Counted from the first letter of the stretch, positions 1 through 13,094 are shown. The stretch: 64,000 nucleotides of DNA from Octopus vulgaris (GCA_951406725.2 OX597821.1:104160001-104224000); one strand, 5' to 3'. Notes: a model not told the origin generated them from the letters alone. Numbers and translations are program-made.

Positions 1-179
1 AAAAATCATATGCTACATAGGAAAATCACTAAATTACTCCCTCAATTCTGAAATATCTTCCATAATATCTCATACAAAGAGAATAAAATTAAGTGATTAA
101 GTACTGACCGGAATACCAGGATTCATAATGCATCTTATCTGGTCTCCATGACATATAAGTGACCGAGATCACAAAATCC

Positions 180-356
180 CTCCTAAGGGGGGTGCCAGTC
201 CATTGCAGGTTTACTCATTTTCAACTGTGTGGACAGCAACAAAGTGGTAGGCAGTGTTTTGCTCAAGAATTCAAGGTGTTGCCGAGTCCAGATATCGAAA
301 ACACTATAGTACCACCGTGAGTTTATCACACCTTAATCACTAGATCACGTGCCTTC
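180..356 (-). mobile_element. Degenerate tRNA-derived SINE (CORE-like family), head fragment
   Basis: Minus strand begins GAAGGCACGTGATCTAGTGATTAAGG, followed by a B-box-like TTTCGATATC and CTTGAGCAAAACAC. It aligns with the better copy at 4697. Confidence 0.6.
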
Positions 357-787
357 GTACAGTGTATATAACTACCTCATGTTCAAGGAGGTGTGTTGGG
401 GAAAATAAGCAATTCTTGGTCAACTATTGACATTAATTATAATGGGGCTAGAAAAAACATGGTTAGAAACGTAGTATAATATTTACCGTATTAAGGGAAC
501 ATAAAACAAATTTTTATAAAATAATTTCTCATTATATTATGAAACTATATTGTATGAACGAGAATCTAAAATACGTCCAGGGTCAAGGTGAAAACTATGC
601 AAAAATCGACCTTCCAAAAGTATAAGATGAAAAAAAAAAATACTAGTCTGATCTAATATCTGCATAAAAATCAATTCCGGGCTAAAAAAAAAGGAGGGGA
701 ATTATTAATAAAGAAAAAAAGAATAATAGGGAAATATAATAAAATATTTTAATAATTGCATAAATACTTATTAGTTTCTCATTCGGA

Positions 788-810
788 ACATACATACATA
801 CAAACACATA

Positions 811-874
<64 letters not shown>

Positions 875-975
875 TACATACATACATACACACACTATAT
901 ATGCATATATATATATAGAGAGAGAGAGAGATGCTTATATGTATGTATATGTATATATACACACACACATATATA
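788..975. repeat. Compound microsatellite (CA)n/(TACA)n/(TA)n/(GA)n
   Basis: Directly visible. It is representative of many similar tracts, e.g. 3160-3590, 16793-17055, 28960-29405 and 62570-62830. Confidence 0.95.
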
Positions 976-1530
976 TTAGAATGATTCCCGATAATGTATC
1001 CATACTGTTGCTAGGTGATGTCCCATCTCTGTTGTAATCTACTTTATAATTTATATACCATACATTGGTTCTCATACTTATATAAGTTACGTTGGCTTTT
1101 GCTCATTTGTCTAGATACGTAAAGTTTGATGTTATCTGAATATTTATTGTTATTATATAAAAAAAAAATGTATTGATTCAATGCATGTAAAGCTGTATAT
1201 AAATATGACCATGGGCAACTGACTCTCGTCATGGATTGCTTTTACGAGATAACTACATCACAATTGATGAACAACAAATAAAGTTCGAGACCATGCAATG
1301 ATTAGATGGAGAGCTGGGTATTATGTTTGATTATAAGGACACCCGCGCTGTAGTGTATTTAGTTCTTATTACTGCTGAGATGACCAGTCAGTGCCCGCCA
1401 CCATAAGGCTGACTGTACGAAGTTATTACGTCCAGTTACGTAGTTCTACTTACTTAAGTATGACAAATATTAGACATGCACTAGGAGATGCCAACTATAT
1501 ACATACATACATACATGCATACATACATAC

Positions 1531-1561
<31 letters not shown>

Positions 1562-1578
1562 TACACGCACATACACAG

Positions 1579-1612
<34 letters not shown>

Positions 1613-1667
1613 TTATAAAAAAAAAGTTAGAAAACACTATTATATAAGATAAATTTTAATTTTCTTA

Positions 1668-1720
1668 GAAATTTTACGTTTCGGTTCTTCTTGAAAAAAC
1701 GAACCTTATCAAAAATATTT
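1668..1720 (-). ncRNA. Decayed minimal type I hammerhead ribozyme at the PLE 3' end
   Basis: Minus strand: TTGATAA (vs CTGATGA)-GGTTC...GAACC-GAAA-CGT-A. There are two core mutations. Confidence 0.55.
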
Positions 1721-1901
1721 TTAAAAGTGAAGTGTAATAAAAAAGTTCATAATTGTTCTTACTAGTCTCAACAGAGTCCACGTGGTGGTTTTTTTGTTGG
1801 GGAGAGCATAATAGCTGTCTTGTGTGTAGACTAGATTCTTCGGCTGTAGGTCGGGAAATGACCAGTGGCCGAAATAGCAGTAGTAGCAGTGACTGTTGGT
1901 C

Positions 1902-2057
<156 letters not shown>

Positions 2058-2879
2058 GAATTCCATTTTTCTTTTCGGAAAACCAATATATGGTTATAAT
2101 GTTTCTGGCCCAGGGTATTTAATCTTAGTCCGAATTTTCTAATAAAATAGAGTTCGTTATTATAACGCTGAGTGAAAGTTACGTTGTTACTGAACTGGTA
2201 AAGTGGAAAAGTTGTTGAATTTAGGATTTTTATTTGAAGCACATTTGTCTATGTGGCCGCTGACAGGTATTTTCCTGTATTCAGGATTCCTAATTTGGGA
2301 TTTATGTACTGCCATCCTTTTTCGAAGGCTGTTTTTTGTATGACCAATATATTGCCTATTGCACCCTGCGTATGTTAACACGTAAATTAAGTTTTCTGAT
2401 GCACAGGTGAAGTTTGTTCTAATGGTAAAATGATGGCCTTGTTCTAATGTGTATTCCGAAGCTTCTACTAAGATGACGCAGATTCCGCAGTTAGTCTTTC
2501 CACATTTTTTAACTGCTGATTTTGTGGTTGTTATTCGGTGCAGTTTAGCTTGGGTTAAAATCTTTTTTAAGGAATTTGGTTGCCGTTAACTCTTTATGAT
2601 GGTCTACGTTCGGAGGATTCGGTTCATCTTTGGGTTCCTTCAGACATGTTACTGAGATACAGGTCAGAAGTTTTTGAAGGTAGCAGGTAAATCGATGGCA
2701 CTAATACCTCGAATATTGCGGGTGTTACACTCAAAACCCCACGAAACACTACTGTACTCTTTTTAATTATTTTTATAATGTGTATATATTCATTTTTTTT
2801 TTATAAAGGCATAACTGCAGCACAGATGAATCGACGCAAGCTTGAACAATAAACAGAGATAGGCGAACCGTATACGGCA

Positions 2880-3045
2880 AGAGATTACTGTACATCTGTC
2901 CCAATACTTCACCGGTATTTAACCGCACGTAACCCGAAAGGCAGAATTGACCTCGGTAATATTCGAACTAAGTATGTAACGGGCAGAAAGAAATGCCGCT
3001 GAGCCTTATGTTTCATGTGCTACTGAATCTGCTAGCCTCGCCACC
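2880..3045 (-). mobile_element. tRNA-derived SINE, family with the GAGGTCGACTTTGCCTTTCATCC core (Meta-domain-like)
   Basis: Reverse complement aligns with copies at 37141, 44085, 46340 and 63570. Confidence 0.6.
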
Positions 3046-3158
3046 ATTGGTTTCTCAGTGTGTGTTCTTTTGGCACTGTTAATAAACATTTACTGTTCGT
3101 TGGGCTCTGTATATAATGTAGAGAGAAATTTATTGATGGTATTAATCAATATTTCGCG

Positions 3159-3244
<86 letters not shown>

Positions 3245-3865
3245 TATATATGTATATATACTTATATACATATGCTTACATACAGATATGCTTACATTTA
3301 TAAGTATATATATATATACTTATATATAGACATATATATACATATTTACATTTATAGATATATATATACATATACTTATATATATTTACATATATACATA
3401 CATTTGTGTGTGTGTATATATATATATATATGTATGTATATACATATACACACACACACACGCACACACATATACACGCATTCAAAAGTGTATATATATA
3501 TATATATGTATATGTGTATATATAGATACACATATATACATGCATACTATTCATACGTACACGCATATATATATATATATATATATAGGTCATTCAAAGA
3601 GAAATATATACAGTTTCTTTATCTTTCTCTCGGTTTAACGATTGGTAGAAGCACAATAGATCAATAGGATCTGGCAAATTATTAAACGGCTATGTAAAAA
3701 TAGTTTTGTAAATTCCGATGTCATTCAGGATGAAACTGGCCAATTGAGGCGCAGTGATGCTTTCATATCTACAACAAAGAAATGCAATTATACACTGAAA
3801 TACTCCGATGAAATCCTGTGCTGAATGCCAAGAACTCACACACACACTCACATACACACACACAG

Positions 3866-3920
<55 letters not shown>

Positions 3921-4696
3921 TATTGCCTAATTACTACCTTATAGAAGTGAAAGTATGGAAGCCAATTTATGAGAAATTAAGCCTTCTCGTATCTGTCGTA
4001 ATTAGCTTAACCACTCCTTTCAAGGGAATAATTATATACAGAGGTCTACATTTATACGTTTGGAAGCTGTATCGTCAGATCACCATCAAAACGTAGGAAA
4101 TTTCTCCTGAACTGAGCTAAATTTATCAGACCAGCTTCGCATATTTACATTGAATTACTTTTCAATCGCTTAATGATATGGACAAGGATGCCATAAATAT
4201 TCCATGGCCCCATATAACTTCGTAATGCTAAAAATAATTAGCTTCATCTGGACATCAGTATTTAAACTATAGAGGCTGGCTTATTTAGCCCCAGGTTAAA
4301 TATGTTCGAGCAGAAACCTGATTAAAGGGATTCCAGCCGTTATTATCTTTGAACTTTGCAGATATGTAGGATTATATTATCTTCTGTGTGCTGGTCTTAT
4401 ATAAAGATATGAGATGTATTGATTCCAGAGAGATATAGCTTTTACGACGTCCAGTGATTTGCTTGGTTATGTAGTAAAATGCACAACAGCAATTCATTAT
4501 AAAATATAATTATCTCACTCATTTTTCTCATGCGTTCACCCCATTCAGCCATCTGCCCATCCGTACGTCCATTTGTCTATCTGTCTGTTTTTCTGCCTAT
4601 CTGATTACCTCTCTTTCTCTCTCTCTCTCTCTCTCTCTGTATATATATATAGAGAGAGAGAGAGAAAGATACATATATATATAGAGAGAATTAAGT

Positions 4697-4976
4697 GAAG
4701 GCGCATGGATCAGTGGTTAGAGCGTCAAGCTTACGATCATGCGGTTGTGAATTCGAATCCTGGACCGGGCTGCGTGTTGTGTTCTTGAGCAAGACACTTT
4801 ATTTCACGTTCTCTCAACTGTAGAAATGAGTTGCGACGTCACAGGTCCCTGCCTTTCCCATTCCGGTATGCATGGACGACTGCTGGTCTTCCATAAACAA
4901 CCTTGCCCAGACTTGTGCCTGGGAGGGTAACTTTCTAGGTGCAAGCCCACGGTCAGTCATGACCGAAGGGGGCCTC
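4697..4976 (+). mobile_element. tRNA-derived SINE with CORE-like box
   Basis: A-box-like TGGATCAGTGG, B-box-like ATTCGAATCC and TGTGTTCTTGAGCAAGACACTTTA. Its 3' part matches 11660-11912 (-) and 23810-23875. Confidence 0.85.
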
Positions 4977-5219
4977 AATATAGTATTAAGAAAATATGTG
5001 ATGGAATGTGTAATAGACTTTATTGGGTACAACAAATGTTTCGACCTGTTCTGTGTCTCCTCAAGTCTCACTAGAGATTTCTGGAGTCAGCTAACATACC
5101 CTATAAGTCTATCAAATTCGAGAATGTGTAAAAAAACTCAAATATTGACGTTGAAAGTATACGTTCTAGTTTAGAGAAAGTGACGTAATCAGATGTTGTA
5201 ACTGTTAAGAGAAAGAACA

Positions 5220-5439
5220 GGAAGATATTAGACGAAAAATATTTTTGCTTGTGCTTAGACGCATATACACATACACACACACAAACAGGCCCAGACAGAT
5301 ACACACACACACATATATGTGCGTACATGTACATACGCGCTCACACAAGCACATCTAATTATATGGGCTTATACATACAACTAGATATACGCGCATACGT
5401 ACACGTATAGACGAATGTATAAAGATATGTATTTATGGG
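5220..5439 (+). repeat. Copy 1 of a ~217-bp local duplication (copy 2 at 6903-7119)
   Basis: Near-identical sequence GGAAGATATTAGACGAAAAAT...GATATGTATTTATGGG occurs at both sites. Confidence 0.9.
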
Positions 5440-5530
5440 AACTCGTATACGCAGGTACACACGTCTGTGCAAAGCTAGACACTAATTCAAATGTTAGTAC
5501 ACTCGCATATACATCTAAGTAAATGTGTAA

Positions 5531-5586
<56 letters not shown>

Positions 5587-5764
5587 CATATATATATATA
5601 TATATATAAATATGCATATACACATATAAACATACGCCCGCATACACGTGTGCACACTAAGTTACATACATACACCTACAAAAGCGCAAATGCGCCGATG
5701 ACTATATAATCCTTGCTGACCAATAACTTCCTCCCTTCCTACCTACCTAGTTACCTACCTATCC

Positions 5765-5816
<52 letters not shown>

Positions 5817-5825
5817 GTCTATCTT

Positions 5826-5857
<32 letters not shown>

Positions 5858-6414
5858 CCTACCTATCTACATATCTACCTATCTATCTATCTAGTGACGT
5901 TGTTGACCGAGGTTACCGTGGTCTTTTCCGTAGGCTTTTCTTTCCACGGATAAGCCTTATCTGCTTCCCCCTTTACATTTTACGTCATGACATTTCTGTG
6001 ATACACGATCCCTATTGATCGTGTTTTTTTTTCCTTTTGCCACCCCTTTTGATCGAAAACCTACCACATTTTTTTTTCTCCCCGAAAAGAAAAGCTCTAC
6101 TTTGTAATCTATCCCGTCTGTGTGCAGCCATGTGTGGCTAGTAAAGAAATATATCTATCTGTCTATCTCTCTACTTACCCATCTACCTATCCATTTATCA
6201 ATCTATCTGTCCATCTATCCATTTATTTATCTACCTACCAACCTATCTACCTTCCTACCTGACTACCTCCCTCCCTCCCTTCCTTCCTTACCTACCTACC
6301 TACCCACCTATCTACCTACGTACCTACCTGTCTACCTGTCTACCTACCCACCCACCTACCTACGTAACTACCTACATACGTACCTACCTACCTACATGAC
6401 TACCCTCTTTCAAT

Positions 6415-6720
6415 TTTGAGCATTTCCTACTGGGACAGCGTGAAAAACGAAGAGATGATAGGAAGATCTTACAGAGTTTTCAGAAAATGGTGACTAAACG
6501 ACGGAGGCTATTTACTGTCCAGATGCTTCGTCGGGTGAGATATAGCACCATCACAATTGAACGCATGCCGAAGCGGGGGTTGATCAAGTGGAAGACCAAG
6601 GAAGATGTGGCGCCGTACGTTCCAGGAACACATGAGAGCGAAGGGAGCCGGCCTGAGTGAAACTATGAAAACGAACACTCACGATAGCTGGAGAAGTCTC
6701 GTTGCCTTTTGTGCTGAGTT
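6415..6720 (+). mobile_element. RTE-like LINE 3' fragment
   Basis: Translates to ...SSGRPRKMWRRTFQEHMR, the GRPxxxW motif typical of the RTE ORF C-terminus. Degenerate. Confidence 0.5.
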
Positions 6721-6779
6721 TAAATCAAATTTAAATCAATCTCTCCAACAAAATTACTGGTCTTAGGCCAAAAGTGAAA

Positions 6780-7140
6780 CCGAACTAGCAGAATCATTAA
6801 CACACCGGGCGACATGCTTAGCGGCGTTTTGTCTGTCTTTATATCGTAATTCCAAATTCCACTAAAATCTACTTTATCTTTGAGAACGATGAGATAAATA
6901 CTAGGAAGATATTAGACGAAAAATCTTTTTGCTCGTGCTAAGACGCATATACACATACACACACAAACACACAGAGACAGATACACACACACATATATGT
7001 GCGTACATGTACATACGCGCTCACACAAGCACATCTAATTATATGGGCTTATACATACAACTAGATATACGCGCATACGTACACGTATAGGCGAATGTAT
7101 AAAGATATGTATTTATGGGTCGACATAACTGATTATCCGC
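6780..7140 (+). mobile_element. Meta-like SINE interrupted by the 6903-7119 duplicated segment
   Basis: Head CGAACTAGCAGAATCATTAACACACCGGGCG... runs to GATAAATACTAG, then resumes as GGGTCGACATAACTGA after the insert. Confidence 0.7.
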
Positions 7141-8029
7141 CCCACCCCCTCCCCGCCATCCCCCAAAATTTTGAATCCGTAACAACGTGATTGTCAACGG
7201 AAATATGTCTACTGTCTACCCATCTGCATGAACTGGATAAAATACATGTGGAACACACAAGTAATGTCGAGTTCTCGCTCAACTTCTTTTTACAATTCTC
7301 ACAAAATATTTTCTATTGATTGAAATAATGACCTTGCGTCCCCTGAAGTTTTAATCTAAAAACAATAATTAAAAAATGCGTTTTCTCATTACTACTTGTA
7401 TAATTAGAATCTTCAAAATTAAATTACAATTACATTATTCACAAATTATTAATTGAAATTAATTAAATATTAGCTTTTGTTTCCCAACATTAAATAATTG
7501 TATTTGTCTTGCAAGTTCCTTAATGTGAATTCGTGAGTTGAAACTAGTCTTTTTGTGTCCTGAGAGGGTCATTACGCTAATAATAATAGTAAGACACACG
7601 CTGATTTAATATCATTTCTAATAAACAACTAATTCATTCCACTGCTCAACAATTAACTGTTTGATGTCATATGAACTAAAGAAAATGAACTTTAAAACGC
7701 TTTTAACCCAGATTTCGAATCTGTTTTTAGAAGATTTCTATCAGACAGGGTTTTTATGTGATAGAGTAAATACATTATACCATAAATGTATTATATTAAT
7801 GCAGAAATGAGACTGACAACTATAATTGGTCAACAAAATCAAAAATTCTGTCCCACAAACAAAAGAATTGTATTTGCAGAATTCAACTTTGTTTTCAGAT
7901 TATTTCTATAAGTCATAGGTTTTCTTGATAGCATATGTCAATTGATAAACAATTGTATTTCATGAATTCAAAAATCAGGCTGATGTTACAAGGAAACATT
8001 TTTAAAACGTAGAGGGGTATGATTTTCGA

Positions 8030-9503
8030 CTGTATTTAGCTTCTGGAACGTCTCATAGCCAACATAGAAGAGCTCCACTTTCCTTGGTACCAGGTTTCCA
8101 TGTTCAGAATGTCCTGATGAAACTTCTCCCCGTGCTCGTCACTGACGGCCACAAGATTTTCAGGGGAAACGTGAGAGTTCAGAAGTTGATTTTTAGGCTC
8201 ATATTGCATCCCAAGGACTTGTATTATGTAGCTCTTTCACATTGTGCCAGAATAGTTCTCTGCACTGTGATTCCAAAAACCTCTCTGCAAATTTGCTTAA
8301 ATGAGAGCCATGCAGCTTTTACAACATCACTGAACTCTTCGTCAAACTTTTGGTCTATCATCAGCTCCCTAATCTGTGGAACAACAAAAATACCTTTCTT
8401 GATTTTTGCGTCACTTACTCTTGGAAATTTAGCCTTCAAATACGTGAATCCCTTGCCAGTTCTATTCATACCTTTGACAGAATTCTTCATCAACCCTAGC
8501 TTGATATGCAAAGGAGGCAGATAAATTTTCTCAGAATCAACAAGAAGAGGATTGATGAAATTCTTTTGTCCAGGAGTCAGAGATCGTATCGGCCACGCAT
8601 TAGTTTTGTAATGATTTTTCTTATCCTGTCTGTCCCACTCACAGAGAAAGCAACAAAGCTTGGTGTAACACAGGTGCATTCCATATAGAAGTGCCACAAC
8701 CTTTAGGTTACCAAAAATATTCCGCTTATTTACCTCATACTTAATTTTTTGCAACAGAATTTTCATACTTTCATTCATGTTAGTTGCATGGGCCGGAGGA
8801 AAAAAAGGAGACTTATTTCCATTATGGAGTAAAACTGCTTTCAATCTTACTTTGAGATGTCAATAGACAAACGCCCAACGTTCGTGCTATATTTGTGGTT
8901 AAGTTCCTCCATATCAGAATATACATGATTACAAAACACCACACCATCGACAAGTGAGAAGAAAATTACAAACTCATAATGCTGAGCACGATAAAAACTA
9001 ACTTTGGTTTCCTTCTGGAGAAGATTCCAGCCTTTTAACCTGGACGCAAGCAATTCAGCTTGCTTCATCGACATGTTTATATCCCGCACAAAGATCATTC
9101 AGATCTCCCTGATTCACCAAGTGTGACTCGCTTGAAGAACAGTCATGCTCAAAGTCCAAGTAATCTGTTTCTCTCTCTACATCTTCATTGCTCGACCCGT
9201 CGTCACTAAGTGTCATTTGTTTTGCTGTGTCAGGTGCAGGTAACTGTCTGAAACGTGATCTTTGGGCTCTCTCCAAACTATAGGGATAGCAAACGGCATA
9301 TGGCGTGAATCTTTTGTCCATGCTGTGAGAAACCTGACACAGGTTACACAATACATATGAGGGGCCCAGCTCTTATTCTGGTCACCCACATTTTTTAGTT
9401 AAAATAATGCTCATGGTGTTAAATGCCATCTTTGTAACGTGAATGTTAAGTCACCGCAAATATAGCAAATATCATTTACGAGGTTAATACAGTTTCTTGG
9501 CAT
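8030..9503 (-). pseudogene. Chapaev3-like transposase pseudogene
   Basis: Starts MPRNCINLVNDICYICG (ATG at 9503). It contains KAVLLHNGNK, GNLKVVALL..YTKLCCFLCEWD, LPPLHIKLGLMK and, near 8140, AVSDEHGEKFHQDI. Multiple frameshifts and stops. Confidence 0.85.
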
Positions 9504-9799
9504 TATGAAGGTGAATGGAATATGTGAACTTAGTACACAACCGCATGCCTACACTTTAAGCACTTACAAAGCATCGGTGACTCATTGACTCAGTGTTGTC
9601 AAGTTTCGGTGACTTATTGATCCAGATAGCTGGATTTATGATTTCATTAGGTTAATTCTGTTCATAAACATTCAAAGACAGATTAACTGTAATTTAGCCC
9701 ACGTAACAGGAACTGAGAGGGATATCGTGGAACAGAGAAACTGTGGGTGATACACATAATATGACATTATTTTTTGAATTCTGCAAAAACATATAAGAT

Positions 9800-10020
9800 A
9801 CAGGTAACTTAATAACTTTGATAACTTTAATAGTTTTCGGGCAGTATAGGTCCAGGCCATATCTAACTTAATAGCACCACATGGTGAAGTCTTTTAGTAT
9901 TATATTGGGTACCAAGGCCCACTCTAGCAAAGAGTTATTGTTGAAGATATATCCGGATGTTGGAGGTTGGTCCGGGATTTTTTTGAGCAATTTGTCCCGA
10001 GAACTTTAATTTTGACATGG
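9800..10020 (-). mobile_element. CR1-like LINE 3' tail nested in the Chapaev-like element
   Basis: GGTCCAGGCCATATCTAACTTAATAGCACCA matches the 3' end of the LINE at 47835. It ends in short tandem AAAGTTAT-like repeats. Confidence 0.65.
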
Positions 10021-11465
10021 TATTAAAGAGCACTGAACCGGTTGAGGTAAAGCTGTTGTGTTGTAGTGTTATGTGCCATGAGTTCGATTTTTCTAGATAC
10101 AAATTCTTTGTTGACCAGTGTTATTTAACCAGCACAGGACATTAAACAAACGACTGATTAGTTGGTTGATTAAATATTAAACCAATCGACCAACAATAAA
10201 GAATTGATATTAATGTGTTATTATTGTTGGTGTAATGTCCCTCTTAAGTCACAACAACGTTAAGTATGCTTGCTCTCAATTCAATATTCATTAGAAACCG
10301 AATTATTCTTCCACAAAATCATATAAAAGCATAGAAATTATGTTGTAGATATGTCGCCAAGACAGTCATCTGAAAAAATCAGTTTTAGATTCTTGTAATA
10401 TAATCCGAATAAAATATGAATAAAATCAATTTTATTTCGTCTTTTTATATTAAGTTGTCTATCATATTCATTCGTTTTTCTTATCTACTTCATTCGTTTC
10501 AATGTTATTAAAATCCACACGAAAAATACTTATATCGGACAGTTTTATCTTTGTTTTGTAGGTCTATGTGGTCCTCTACAATTTCCATTCATCTTTTCGA
10601 AATTTAAAAACAAAAACATCTCTTTTCAGATATACGACTATAGAATACGGAGTAAGGAAAAAGACGAACGAATTTATCCGACAGACTAATACAATACCAA
10701 ATAATTTGTTTAGTCTATTGACCTCGAGGATCATTTTATGACTGAGTGAACATAGCATAAAAACTTGTGATAAATTGGGTTTCGGTTAAGACCATTTAAC
10801 TATTAATTGAAGCAGTGTATCAAAGACTACAATATTCAACGCGTTTTTCTTTTGTGCAGGTGATCCTAATCATTTAACCTTACCCTCCATTAATTTATCA
10901 GTTCTCTGTAAATAGCCAGTCAGATAATTGCATGTATATTACACGAAGTTAGAGCCCTCTTAATTTAATTCGATACATGATAGATTCATCTCACAGTGTT
11001 ATTTATTACAAAGTTGTGAATGCCTTTCACTCTATAATTGTTTTTCATTATGATAAATATTCAGCATCAGTGATCCTGATTAAGAGAGATTCATTTTGAA
11101 ATTATCGTAAATTGGGAAACCAATTCACATATTCATCTAATCATTCGCCAGCTCTTACTATCTTTAGATAAATTAATAGAGACAGATCGCGTTCAGTAGG
11201 CACATAGTCAGACAGATACACGCATATGCATGTGTGCGTTCGCGTATGTATGTATGTATGTATGTATGTATGTATGTATAGTGAGAGAAAGGGAGGAGTG
11301 GAGAAACAAGGAGAGGAGATTTCACGGACTTGAAATTATGGGGAAATAGAATAATGGAATTTGGGAAGAGTGTGTGTGTGACTGAACTACATAAATGATT
11401 GCTAACTGTTGGCGTTAATACACATATATACGTACATACGTACGTACATACAAACATGATTCCAT

Positions 11466-11521
<56 letters not shown>

Positions 11522-11659
11522 ATATATATATACACGCGCACACATCCGCGTATAGTATCATTAATATGTACTTAGCTGCTTGGGGAGAATACCTGCATAT
11601 ATTTTATGAATATTCCTCAATTGATCCTTTATTGACTTCTTATAATCTAAATGGAAAAA

Positions 11660-11912
11660 AGGCCCCTTCGGTCATGAAAGACAATGAGATTGCACCTAGT
11701 AAGTTACCCTTCGAGGCAAAAGTCCGGGCAAGGTTGTTTATAGCTGACCAGCAATCGCAAGGGCTGATACAGTGTGGCACCAGCTGAGTGAAGTGGAGCA
11801 ACGAGACATAGAATATCTTCTTCAAGAATGCAACACTCAACCCGCTCAGGAATTGAACTCACTACCTCATGATTGTGAACCCGTCACTCTAACCACTGAG
11901 CCATGCACCTTC
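11660..11912 (-). mobile_element. tRNA-derived CORE-like SINE
   Basis: Reverse complement of the 4697 family: GAAGGTGCATGGCTCAGTGGTTAGAG head. Confidence 0.8.
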
Positions 11913-12139
11913 CGTTTACCCTTTACCAATTCTTCTGATCAAAACTCCTTTAAAATTCATTTCTACCCTCAAGTATTGCCAATGCCTAAATATGTCAAAA
12001 TTTAAACCTCTCATCATTTCCTATCTTTGTGGAATTTTATTGTGGAATTCTTGTTGACTCTTCTTAAGCTTCACTTGTCCCTTGTGTTATATTGCTCCCT
12101 TTTATTTTATGTTGGGCTCTTGTAACCAATAAAGAAAAC

Positions 12140-12195
<56 letters not shown>

Positions 12196-12196
<1 letters not shown>

Positions 12197-12725
12197 GAGT
12201 GAGAGAGCAGTGCATGCGATGAAAGTGACGCGATGAAAGCCCAGTATACCCATCATCACTACCCGTCAGATAAGGGTACAACAGGCACATGCATCACAAC
12301 CATATGTGCGCGACATGGTGATCTCATATCAAGATAAACAGCGCATGATCTTGCAGGTGGGGACCATTTAGAATTTTCGTCTGGTCGAATAGCCCATCCC
12401 GCTCAAAAGGTCCCTGAATAAGGATTGTTTAAGGATGTTGAAAAAAAAAACACCCGTGTTTCCAATGGTGAATTATCCAAACCTCCAAGAATTCCTTTCA
12501 ACACACGGTGATGATGCTCGGCCACTACTTCTTCTCGTGATCAGAGATGCACATGTCGTCAGCCACTAAGGGACATGCTCAACTGGTTAAGGTCAAACAA
12601 CTGACAGGCAAATCTGCGGTATTGAGCAGAATATTTGCTGTAGCCCATCTTTTATACCAAAACAAAACAACGTACATGGTAACACTTCCGACCAGTTAAG
12701 ATCAGAAGCCACTGCATCAAGGCAT
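12196..12725 (-). mobile_element. 3' UTR of an R4/Dong-like LINE inserted in (TTA)n
   Basis: Flanked by (TTA)n on both sides. Its reverse complement matches 45636-45781 and 38650-38870, and the latter lies directly downstream of an RLE-domain C-terminus. Confidence 0.7.
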
Positions 12726-12817
12726 TTTATTATTATTGTTATTGTTGTTGTTGTTGTCGTTGTTGTTATTGTTGTTGTTGTTGTTATGATTACTATTATT
12801 ATTATTATTATTATTAA

Positions 12818-12896
<79 letters not shown>

Positions 12897-13034
12897 ACAA
12901 AATGCTAAATAATAACAATATACTACCAATGCAATGCAAAAAACGAATACAAAAGAGCATGTACCCAAGGCGCATTCGAGCTGTACAGAGTTATGCATTG
13001 AAAGTACGTAATCACAATAATAATTACAGAGACG

Positions 13035-13094
13035 GTGATGATGATGATGATGATGAAGATGAAGATGAAGATGATGATGAAGATGATGAAGATC

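Larger units (their letters stand above)
7824..10120 (-). mobile_element. Chapaev3-like (CMC superfamily) DNA transposon, degenerate
   Basis: Imperfect TIRs: (AATT)GGTCAACAAA at 7824 and TTTGTTGACCAGTG ending 10120, followed by TTA. It encloses a frameshifted transposase. Confidence 0.75.

Noticed and set aside
682-1037. ORFs rich in YI/CV/HT (and dozens like them across the window)
   Set aside because: They are translations of (TA)n/(CA)n/(TACA)n microsatellites, which lack stops in some frames.
1370-1440. CTGAGATGA-CAGTCAG..CTGACTG-TACGAAG..GTC-CAGT hammerhead-like arrangement
   Set aside because: The core has an insertion, GAAA is altered and stem III does not pair. Too degenerate to call.
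2823-2880. CAGATGA...GAACCGTATACGG palindrome as a hammerhead
   Set aside because: No stem II or stem I, and several core mismatches.
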